64,000 nt of DNA. Origin: Candidatus Palauibacter sp. (GTDB lineage: Bacteria; Gemmatimonadota; Gemmatimonadetes; Palauibacterales; Palauibacteraceae). Position numbers and translations under genes: made by a program. Positions 56,702-64,000 of the stretch are shown here, in pieces (position 1 is the first letter of the stretch; every line of letters starts with the position of its first letter). Below the pieces are notes generated by a model. The model did not search any database. It was not told the DNA's origin and worked only from the letters and a program-made list of their open reading frames with translations. The stretch is taken from NCBI RefSeq assembly GCF_965216145.1, contig NZ_OZ244149.1, positions 417,011 through 481,010 of the forward strand, given 5' to 3'.

Positions 56702-59587
56702 GTGCGTTTCGAGTCTGTCGTAGCGTACGCCTTCGGCCCCCTGCGGGACGAGAGCCTCGAGTTCGCGCCGGGCATGAACGTCGTCTACGGTCCCAACGAG
56801 GCGGGGAAATCCTCCTGGCACGCCGCGGTCTACGCCGGCCTGTGCGGGATGCGGAGGCGGCGGGGAATGCCGCGCAGGGACGAGAAGGTCTTCGCGGAAC
56901 GGCACAGGCCCTGGGGGGGCGACGGATGGGAGGTGGGGGCCGTCATCGCGCTGGAGGACGGACGGCGCGTCGAGTTGCGGCATGATCTCGCGGGCAGGGT
57001 CGACAGCAGCGCGCGGGATGCGAGCGTCGCGGGCCGCGACTACTCGAGCGAGATCATCCACGAGGGCGCGCCCGATGGCTCGCGCTGGCTGGGACTCAAC
57101 CGCCGCTCGTTCCTTCACACGGCCTGTGTACGGCAGGCGGACATCCTCAGGGTGCGGGACGACCCCCTGTCCCTTCAGGAGGACATGCAGCGCGCCGCTG
57201 CCACGGCCGGGGCGGATGCGACGGCCGCCGCGGCGCTTCAGCGGCTCGATGACTACCTGAGGGACCGGGTCGGCTCGACACGGGCGCCGACGAAGCCGCT
57301 GGTGAGGACCGAACGGGAAACCGACGACGCGCGCGCGGCGCTCGAGACCGCGCAGGAGGCCCATCGCGACTACCTGCGGCGGCGTGTGCAGGTGGAGGAT
57401 CAGGAGCAAGCGGCCAGGGAGGCGGAACTGCGGGTCGAGGCCATGCACGCCGCGCTCGCCGATGCTGAAGCGAACGCGCTCGCCGAACGGCTGGGAGACG
57501 CGCGAGCGCTCGATGAACAGTTTCCGGAGGGCGTGCCTCACCCGCTGCCCGATGGCGGCGTACTGCACAGGAGAGTCATCGAAACGCTGACGACGTGGAG
57601 TAACCGGCCGGTATTGCAGGAGCTGGCGGGGCCCTCGGCGCAGGAACTGGCGGAGAGGATCAACCGGGCCCACCGCGGGCTCCTCGCGGCACGCGCCGCG
57701 GTGGCGGAAGCCGGGGCGCTCGACATCGAGCGCCGCGTCGCGCGGGCACATGAGCTGGGGGCTCTCTTCCCGGCGGGCGCTCCGCGCACCTCCGCCGCCG
57801 AGGAAGCGCACGCGAGCCTGGTTCGGGACGCGCTCAACGCCTGGGAGTCGCTACCATCCCTCCGGGAGCCGGACGGGCCGGACGTCGAGCAACTCGAATT
57901 CAGCCTGGCTGATTTCGACAAGAAGCGTCGGGGGGGCGGCGGCGCATCGGGGGCGCGACGATCCGGATCACATCTCCTCGCCTGCGGTGTCGCTGCAGTG
58001 GTGGGGATCGTCGCGGCCCTGCTGCTGCCCGATTTGCGGGTCGTGGGTCTGACCCTGGCCGCCACCGGGGCCGCGGCGTTCCTCTGGCTCCGGTTCGTGG
58101 ACTCGCGGCCCGGCGGGGCGGACATCGCTCTCGTGCTCGAGACGCAACGCGACGCCATGGCGCGCAGTCTCGCGGTGCGCCGCACCGAACAGGCTGGCTA
58201 CGAAGCCGCACTCGAGCGCAGAGCCGCGCTGATCGAGCAACTGGTCGACAACGGCGCGCTCGACAACGGCGCGGGATCGGAGCCGGAGACGGTCGTCCGA
58301 AGGCTGCGCGAGTGGGAGGCGTCGTGGCGCGATGAGAAGCTGGCGCGTGCCCAGTTGGGCCTCGAGTGGGACGAGCTTCAGGGACTGCTGGGCGGGTCGT
58401 CGCTGGAGGAACTCGTCGCGGAGGCCGGTCGACTCCGGGAAGAAGCCGATGGCCTCAGCGCATCCGCGGACGAATCCCGGCTGGACGAACCGCGGGCACG
58501 AAGCGTATCCGCGCGTGAACTCGCCGAGATGGAGCAGCACGTCGACGACGAACTCCGCGGGTGGCAGGAAGAACGAGCCGAACGCCTCGCGGCGGAAGCC
58601 CGGCACCGCCTGGACACCGAGCGGGTCGCCGCCGCCACGGAGACGCTGCGAGCGACCGCCGCGCGGATCGGCGTGACGGGCGACGACCCGGAAGAGCTGG
58701 CCGACGCGCTCGAGGTGTGGCGGGCAGGCCGGGAACGAGCCCTGGGGGAAGCCGGACGGCGCAGTGAATCGTGGGACCGGCTACAGCAGCTGCTCGGCGA
58801 CCGAACGCTGGATGAGTTCGCCGCGGAGGCGGAGCGGCTCCGCGCCCGCGCGGACCGGCTGGCGCACGAGGTGGGGCCGCGCGCGCTTGCCATGGCCCGC
58901 GAAAGCGGGCCCACGGCCGAGAGACTGGAAGCTCTTCGTTCGACAGCGGAGGCCGCGCGCTCGGAGGTGGACAGAGCGCACGGCCAGCTCACGGAACGCG
59001 AGCAGAACCTCCCCCGCGTGGCGGACGCCGAAGACGCTCTGGCTGCGGTCGAGCGCGAACAGGCCCGCGTTGGGCGACTCAAGCGCACACTGGACAGCAC
59101 GATCGCCTTCCTGCGGGAGGCGGAGGAACGCGTCCTCCGTGACATCGCGCCGATCCTCACGAGCACGATCCTCGAATGGCTTCCCGGGGTGACGGAAGGA
59201 CGCTATACGGGCTGTCGCATCGACCCCGAGTCCCTGCTCGTGGAGGTCCGCACGAACCGGGGACGCTGGCGTGCCGCCGAGCTGCTGTCGCACGGGACGG
59301 CCGAGCAGATCTATCTGCTCCTCAGGTTCGCACTCTCCCGCCATCTCACCGGGACGGGCGAGACCTGTCCTCTGATCCTCGACGATGTCGTGGGCGCGTC
59401 GGACGCGGAACGCAAGGAGGCGATGCTCCGGACGCTGCGCGCGGTCGGGGAATCGACCCAGGTCATCCTCTTCACCCATGAGGACGATGTCCGGGACTGG
59501 GCCAGGCGGAACCTCCACGCCCCGCGCAACCGTCTAATCGAACTCGCGGGACCCCGGCCGCACGCCGAGGAGCGGCCGGCTACCTGA
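56702..59587 (+). CDS. SbcC/Rad50-like (YhaN-like) AAA ATPase with long coiled coil
   Basis: N-terminal Walker A (VVYGPNEAGKSS), C-terminal AEQIYLLLRFAL (signature-like), LILDDV (Walker B), FTHE (H-loop). Central hydrophobic hairpin is unusual for SbcC. Confidence 0.7.
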   Translation: MRFESVVAYAFGPLRDESLEFAPGMNVVYGPNEAGKSSWHAAVYAGLCGMRRRRGMPRRDEKVFAERHRPWGGDGWEVGAVIALEDGRRVELRHDLAGRVDSSARDASVAGRDYSSEIIHEGAPDGSRWLGLNRRSFLHTACVRQADILRVRDDPLSLQEDMQRAAATAGADATAAAALQRLDDYLRDRVGSTRAPTKPLVRTERETDDARAALETAQEAHRDYLRRRVQVEDQEQAAREAELRVEAMHAALADAEANALAERLGDARALDEQFPEGVPHPLPDGGVLHRRVIETLTTWSNRPVLQELAGPSAQELAERINRAHRGLLAARAAVAEAGALDIERRVARAHELGALFPAGAPRTSAAEEAHASLVRDALNAWESLPSLREPDGPDVEQLEFSLADFDKKRRGGGGASGARRSGSHLLACGVAAVVGIVAALLLPDLRVVGLTLAATGAAAFLWLRFVDSRPGGADIALVLETQRDAMARSLAVRRTEQAGYEAALERRAALIEQLVDNGALDNGAGSEPETVVRRLREWEASWRDEKLARAQLGLEWDELQGLLGGSSLEELVAEAGRLREEADGLSASADESRLDEPRARSVSARELAEMEQHVDDELRGWQEERAERLAAEARHRLDTERVAAATETLRATAARIGVTGDDPEELADALEVWRAGRERALGEAGRRSESWDRLQQLLGDRTLDEFAAEAERLRARADRLAHEVGPRALAMARESGPTAERLEALRSTAEAARSEVDRAHGQLTEREQNLPRVADAEDALAAVEREQARVGRLKRTLDSTIAFLREAEERVLRDIAPILTSTILEWLPGVTEGRYTGCRIDPESLLVEVRTNRGRWRAAELLSHGTAEQIYLLLRFALSRHLTGTGETCPLILDDVVGASDAERKEAMLRTLRAVGESTQVILFTHEDDVRDWARRNLHAPRNRLIELAGPRPHAEERPAT

Positions 59588-60581
59588 ACGCCTTCGAGCT
59601 CGTGGAGTGGCCCGGGTCCACCTTCGCACTCGGGTCCATGTAGTGCACCGCGTTGTTGACGGCGATGGCGGCCTCGCCGAAGCCGGTGGAGATGAGTTCC
59701 AGCTTGCCCTCGTAGGTGGCGATGTCTCCCGCCGCGTACACCCCCGGGATGTTCGTCCGCATGCGCGAGTCGACCAGGATCGCATTCTTTTGGAGTTCGA
59801 GTCCCCATTCGGCGATCGGACCGATGTTGGGGACGAACCCGATGAGGGCGATGATCTCGTCCACTTCGAGCCGGACCGTTTCCTTCGTCTTCGTGTGCTG
59901 GAGCGTCGCGGCCTCGACCCGGTCGCTCCCGTGGATCTCCGTCACGGTGTGGAAGGTCCGGAGCTCCAACTCGCCCCTCTCGTGCGCCCCCTCGACCTGC
60001 GCCACCGTACGCTCGTGCGCGCGATACCGGTCCGAGCGGTGAATGTGGGTCAGCTCGCCGGCGATCTCGCGCAGCGCCCAACTCCAGTCGAAGGCGGAAT
60101 CGCCCCCACCCACGAGGAGGACCCTCTTCCCGCGGCATGATTCGGGGTCCTTCACATGGGCGGTCAGCCCCCGCTTCCAGAACTCGTCCCAGCCCGGCAC
60201 GGCCAGGGTCCGGCTCCTGAAGGCGCCCTTCCCCCCGGCGATGACGACGGTCCGCGTTGGACGCGGTCCTTCATCCGTGCGAAGGTCGAACGATTCGTTT
60301 CCGGGATTCAGGGCGAGCACGCGTTCTTCGAGGCAGACTTCCGCGTTGAACTGCATCGCCTGCGTCACGAGATCCCGCGCCAGATCCTTGGCCAGGATCC
60401 GTGGGAACCCGGCCACGTCAAAGACGTTCTTCTCGGGATAGAGAGCGGTCAACTGACCGCCGAGTTCGGGCAGAACGTCGATGATACGGGCCGACACACC
60501 CCGCATTCCGGCGTAGAACAACCCGTAGAGACCGGTCGGGCCCCCTCCGATGATTGTGATATCGACCGTTTCGTTGCGCAC
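59580..60581 (-). CDS. FAD-dependent ferredoxin-NADP+ reductase type 2 / thioredoxin-reductase-like oxidoreductase
   Basis: ITIIGGGPTGLY (FAD), VLLVGGGDSAFDW (NAD(P)H), GVYAAGDIAT. Confidence 0.75.
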   Translation of the reverse strand: MRNETVDITIIGGGPTGLYGLFYAGMRGVSARIIDVLPELGGQLTALYPEKNVFDVAGFPRILAKDLARDLVTQAMQFNAEVCLEERVLALNPGNESFDLRTDEGPRPTRTVVIAGGKGAFRSRTLAVPGWDEFWKRGLTAHVKDPESCRGKRVLLVGGGDSAFDWSWALREIAGELTHIHRSDRYRAHERTVAQVEGAHERGELELRTFHTVTEIHGSDRVEAATLQHTKTKETVRLEVDEIIALIGFVPNIGPIAEWGLELQKNAILVDSRMRTNIPGVYAAGDIATYEGKLELISTGFGEAAIAVNNAVHYMDPSAKVDPGHSTSSKAFR

Positions 60582-60611
60582 GCCGTCGTTGTCCCCGCCA
60601 TCCGGAACCGG

Positions 60612-61244
60612 TCACGCCACGCTATTCCATTTGCGGCGCAGACAGTGCGTCCCGTAATCGATGATCGCCCACACGGAGGTGACCCCGACGAGGAGCACGA
60701 GTGCCGGAACATATCGGGGGTCGAAGATCAGAGCGAGAAGCGTAAGGAACTGCAGTCCCGTGGCGATCTTGCCCGGCCAGCGTGGTCTGAAGGGGATGAT
60801 GAGAGACACCAGGCGAGCGAGAAAGTATGACCCGGCAGTGTACAGGTCCCTCAGGATCAGGATGAGGAATGACGCCCCGTCGAGTCCGCCCGAGGCGAGG
60901 AAACCCGCAAGCGCGAGGAGGACGAACAGCTTGTCGCAGAGCGGATCGAGCAGGAGTCCGATCTGCGAGCGGGTCCCGCTGACGCGGGCGATGAACCCAT
61001 CCAGGACATCGGTCGCGCCGGCCGTGCCCACGAGCACGGCCATGAGCCCGGGGTCCGTCACCACGGTGAACGCGAGTCCGAGCGGAATGCGACTCAGCGA
61101 CATGAGATTGGAGAGGGTCAGGAACCCCGGGTCGTGCGTCTGTATCGGAATCCTCCGCTTCCTGGTCTCCAAGCCTTCCGGGTCACCGGGAAGATGCACG
61201 TTGCGGGGGCGCGTCTCCAGTGCTCGCGCAACTCTACCCACCAC
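60612..61244 (-). CDS. CDP-alcohol phosphatidyltransferase family protein (PgsA-like)
   Basis: DVLDGFIARVSGTRSQIGLLLDPLCDK matches the D-G-x2-A-R-x8-G-x3-D-x3-D motif; multiple transmembrane helices. N-terminus probably shorter than the ORF. Confidence 0.7.
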   Translation of the reverse strand: MVGRVARALETRPRNVHLPGDPEGLETRKRRIPIQTHDPGFLTLSNLMSLSRIPLGLAFTVVTDPGLMAVLVGTAGATDVLDGFIARVSGTRSQIGLLLDPLCDKLFVLLALAGFLASGGLDGASFLILILRDLYTAGSYFLARLVSLIIPFRPRWPGKIATGLQFLTLLALIFDPRYVPALVLLVGVTSVWAIIDYGTHCLRRKWNSVA

Positions 61245-61271
61245 CCCCCGGGCACCCGGCGGCGAATCCGA

Positions 61272-61646
61272 TTACGCCGGGAGTTCCGCGTTCTCGGCCT
61301 CGATTTCCGACCCGCCCGGTCGCGGGTCGAGCATGACGAGATCCTCGACGACGACGTCCACGGTCGGAATCGCGATCCCGTCCCGTTCGAAGGATCCGTA
61401 TTCGAGGTGGCCTTCAACGTACAGCCGCGATCCCTTGCGAACGTATTCCCCGACCGTCTCCGCCTGCTTCCGCCAGAAGGTGAGACGGTGCCAGTCGGTG
61501 CGACGCCGGGTCTCCCCGTTCGCTCGAAAGATACGGTTCGTCGCGAGTGAGAGGTGTGCGACCGGGGTGCCGGAGGTCGTCTCGCGGACATCGGGGTCGC
61601 TCCCGGCGTTACCTACCAGGATGACCCGGTTCACGGTTCTCGACAT
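61272..61646 (-). CDS. ssb: Single-stranded DNA-binding protein
   Basis: MSRTVNRVILVGNAGSDPDVRETTSGTPVAHLSLATNR ... DWHRLTFW ... YVRKGSRLYVEGHLEY: OB-fold SSB pattern. Confidence 0.75.
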   Translation of the reverse strand: MSRTVNRVILVGNAGSDPDVRETTSGTPVAHLSLATNRIFRANGETRRRTDWHRLTFWRKQAETVGEYVRKGSRLYVEGHLEYGSFERDGIAIPTVDVVVEDLVMLDPRPGGSEIEAENAELPA

Positions 61647-61795
61647 GCCTGCCTTCTCCCTTCGTGTTCATGGACGGGTGTTGGGGGACGTGCCAGTATC
61701 CGGTCTGGACGACGGGCTCCCAAGGCCGACACCTCCACCGGACGAGGTGGTGGATCGGATCTTGACGTCATCGTCGCAAGTGGATCTGCTCAGGG

Positions 61796-62776
61796 ATGGT
61801 CGACATCGATTCTCGTTCCAGATTGGCGCGGGGCCGGGCCCGGACGGGCTTCCTCCTGATCGGCGGCGGCGCGCTGCTGGCGGGAGCCGTCTTCTCCAGC
61901 GACCTCATCGTTCGCTGGAGTCTCGAAGGGTCGCGCATCACCGTGCTGGCGCACTCGGCGGCGGGACTCTCGCCAGGTTCGACCGTCTGGGTGGCGGGGC
62001 GACCGGTGGGGCGCGTCTCATCCATCTCCTTCCGCCCGCTCGACGCGAGCCCCCATGAGCCGACGCAGGCGCATGTCGTGGTCGAGGCCGTGATCGAACG
62101 GGTGGCCGTGCCGATCCTTCGAGAGGACGCCACGGCCGAGGTGCGGGCGTCCGACCCTCTCGCGTCGGCGATCGTGACCATCGATCCGGGGAGCGGATCC
62201 GCGCCGCCCTGGAACTTCTCCGATACGCTCCGCGCGGCGGGGCCGCCGCTCGACACCGAAGCCGTCCTCGCACGCGCGGACACGCTGGCGATGGCGGTGC
62301 GATCGCTCGAGGCTCTCGCGGCGGAGGCCGGGAAAGCGATCACGTCGGGTCGCGGCTCACTTGCGCGCCTGCGCGAGGAGCCCGAGACGCTGGAGGGGCT
62401 GAGGCGCGAGTTCGGAACGCTGCGAGAACTTCTCGAAGGCGACCTCTCACGGTCTTCGCTGGCTCGGCTCGTGACGGACACGCTCGTGGGGGCGGCCACC
62501 GACCGGGTCGGCGAACGGCTCGCGGCGTGGGACGCGTCCCCGGAGCGTTGGGCTTCGCGCCGCAGCATCGAGACGGCCGCGGCGGCCGTCGAGGCGATGG
62601 GAACCCGTCTTGCGTCGCTCGCGCAGCGGATCGAGCGGGGGGAAGGCACGGTGGGGCGCGCGCTGATGGACGGCGAAATCCGCCGGCAGGTCGACGCCCT
62701 GCGCGCCACGGTCGCCGCCCTCGCCGAGGAGTTGAAGTACAGCCCGTCGCGGTGGCTGCGCGTCCGGGTCTTCTAG
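61796..62776 (+). CDS. MlaD/MCE-family protein
   Basis: N-terminal membrane anchor (FLLIGGGALLAGAVF), MCE-like beta region (VWVAGRPVGRVSSISF), long helical C-terminus. Confidence 0.55.
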   Translation: MVDIDSRSRLARGRARTGFLLIGGGALLAGAVFSSDLIVRWSLEGSRITVLAHSAAGLSPGSTVWVAGRPVGRVSSISFRPLDASPHEPTQAHVVVEAVIERVAVPILREDATAEVRASDPLASAIVTIDPGSGSAPPWNFSDTLRAAGPPLDTEAVLARADTLAMAVRSLEALAAEAGKAITSGRGSLARLREEPETLEGLRREFGTLRELLEGDLSRSSLARLVTDTLVGAATDRVGERLAAWDASPERWASRRSIETAAAAVEAMGTRLASLAQRIERGEGTVGRALMDGEIRRQVDALRATVAALAEELKYSPSRWLRVRVF

Positions 62777-63305
62777 CGGCCCGTCAGCTTCTCCGGCTCG
62801 GCAGCGCGCCATGCACGGCGAACTTCAGGAGTTCGGTCGTACGGCCACGCCTTCGCCGGACGGCGATGACGATGTGATCGACGACCTGGTCGCGGTCCTC
62901 GAGCGACACGGCGACATCGACGGATCCATCCGCCGCCGTGATCCGCGTACGGATGGCGCGACCCGGCTCGGCGTCCGCCGCGCGGGCCGGGTTCCGGCAC
63001 AGCGTGCGGGAGGAGCGGCGTCCCCCCGGTACCGGGCACGACAACTTCAACAGCCGGAACCAGTCCGGCTGATAGCTTATACGCCACAGATTGCCGAGCT
63101 GGTCGAGTCCTCTTCCCTCGCGATTGTGTCTGGCCATCGGGCGCTCGACGGTGAGAGTTGACTTGCGGGCGGTCGCTTGACCCTGTCAGGCGGCCCCATT
63201 ATGGTCGTCAGGTCCGCCCCGGACCACATCCCCTGGCTGTAGCTGCCGGCAGTACCTCACGACCGCAATCCGGCTCACTCACGCTCCCACTCTCTCTTCC
63301 GGAGG
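62777..63305 (+). promoter_or_regulatory. Probable long 5' leader/regulatory region of rho
   Basis: About 530 nt without a convincing protein-coding ORF directly upstream of rho; rho genes commonly carry long autoregulatory leaders. Confidence 0.3.
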
Positions 63306-64000
63306 ATGGCGTTGGATATCGCCGAACTCAAATCGAAGTCGATCGGCGAGCTTCATGACCTGGCCGAAGAACTCGACCTTCTCAACTTCTCGGGTCTTCG
63401 CAAGCAGGACCTGATCTTCCGAATCGAGCAGAACCTGCTCGATTCGGATGTCGTCCTCCGCGGCGAGGGCGTACTCGAGATCCTGCCGGAAGGCTACGGA
63501 TTCCTCCGGAGCCAGGACTGGAACTATCTGTACGGGCCGGATGACATCTACGTCTCCCCCTCGCAGATCAAACGTTTCGACATGCGGACGGGAGACACGA
63601 TCCAGGGCCGGGTCCGGCCGCCGAAGGAAGGAGAGAGGTATCTCGCCCTCCTCAAGGTGGAGACGCTCAACGGCGTGGATCCGGACAAGGCGAAACACCG
63701 CATCGCATTCGACAACCTGCGGCCCCGCTACCCCGAGGAGAGGCTCGTTCTCGAGAGCGAGGACGGCGATGTGTCGATGCGGATTCTCGATCTCATCGCG
63801 CCCATCGGGAGGGGGCAGCGGAGCCTGATCGTGTCTCCGCCGAAGGCCGGGAAGACGATCCTCCTCCAGAAGATCGCGAACGCCATCGTCGCGAACCAGC
63901 CGGACGCGAAGGTGATCGTGCTTCTCATCGACGAGAGGCCCGAAGAGGTCACGGACATGGAGGAGAACGTCCCGGCCGAGATCATCTCCTCGACCTTCGA
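63306..64000 (+). CDS. rho: Transcription termination factor Rho (3' partial)
   Basis: Translated directly from the sequence (not in the ORF track because it runs off the window end): MALDIAELKSKSIGELHDLAEEL ... GVLEILPEGYGFLRS ... GPDDIYVSPSQIKRFDMRTGDTIQGRVRPPKEGERYLALLKV ... PIGRGQRSLIVSPPKAGKT ... LLIDERPEEV; near-collinear with E. coli Rho N-terminal, CSD and P-loop. Confidence 0.85.
   Translation, partial: MALDIAELKSKSIGELHDLAEELDLLNFSGLRKQDLIFRIEQNLLDSDVVLRGEGVLEILPEGYGFLRSQDWNYLYGPDDIYVSPSQIKRFDMRTGDTIQGRVRPPKEGERYLALLKVETLNGVDPDKAKHRIAFDNLRPRYPEERLVLESEDGDVSMRILDLIAPIGRGQRSLIVSPPKAGKTILLQKIANAIVANQPDAKVIVLLIDERPEEVTDMEENVPAEIISSTF

Noticed and set aside
58332-58870. Apparent internal ~45-aa duplication in the SbcC-like coiled coil (W..LQ.LLG...L.E..AEA.RLR..AD.L occurring twice)
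   Set aside because: Heptad-biased coiled-coil sequence produces such similarity easily; not treated as a meaningful repeat without statistical alignment.
62784-63161. ORFs 62784..63137 (-) and 62811..63161 (+) upstream of rho
   Set aside because: Mutually overlapping on opposite strands, Arg-rich, no motifs; more likely part of the rho leader than real genes.
1-64000. CRISPR arrays, tRNA/rRNA genes, integrases or transposases
   Set aside because: No spaced direct-repeat array, no tRNA-like T-arm/cloverleaf candidates in intergenic regions, and no recombinase or transposase motifs seen by eye; a computational scan (tRNAscan-SE, CRISPR finders, ISfinder) would be needed to be definitive.

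Overview
GC-rich bacterial chromosomal segment (phylum not assignable from sequence alone; many predicted secreted proteins and lipoproteins). No rRNA, tRNA, CRISPR array, integrase or transposase was recognised. The window splits into two parts. (1) About 1-19,900 is a defence-island-like region with patches of visibly lower G+C. On the + strand: a 5'-partial giant protein with a C-terminal PD-(D/E)xK-like motif, then a zinc-ribbon protein with a nucleoside 2-deoxyribosyltransferase-like (SLOG) domain. On the - strand, a 14-kb co-directional array (18589 down to 4518): SF2/SNF2-type helicase, gamma-class N6-adenine DNA methyltransferase (PglX / type IIG-like), a 456-aa Cys-rich unknown, a truncated AAA ATPase with a decayed remnant, a 140-aa unknown translationally coupled to a 911-aa dual-NTPase (ParA/MinD-like deviant Walker A 'KGGVGRST' plus a second P-loop), and a TIR-like protein. 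A lower-GC SIR2-like gene sits divergently at 18832-19875. (2) About 19,900-64,000 looks like ordinary core genome: FG-GAP/ASPIC lipoprotein, M28 and S9 peptidases, ADP-ribosylglycohydrolase, MoeA, a FabH-family synthase, two ECF sigma/anti-sigma pairs, XdhC, EtfAB, a TolC-HlyD-FtsX-permease efflux set, patatin-like lipase, SbcD/SbcC-like pair, FNR-type reductase, CDP-alcohol phosphatidyltransferase, SSB, MlaD-like protein and the 5' part of rho. The best candidates for an undescribed system are the 140-aa + dual-NTPase + TIR-like module (4518-8609) and the giant-protein + Zn-ribbon/SLOG pair (1-3889); the helicase-methyltransferase module resembles DISARM/BREX but lacks their other core genes. 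All calls rest on reading motifs in the ORF translations; no database search was run, and start sites were set by residue arithmetic from the ORF track.
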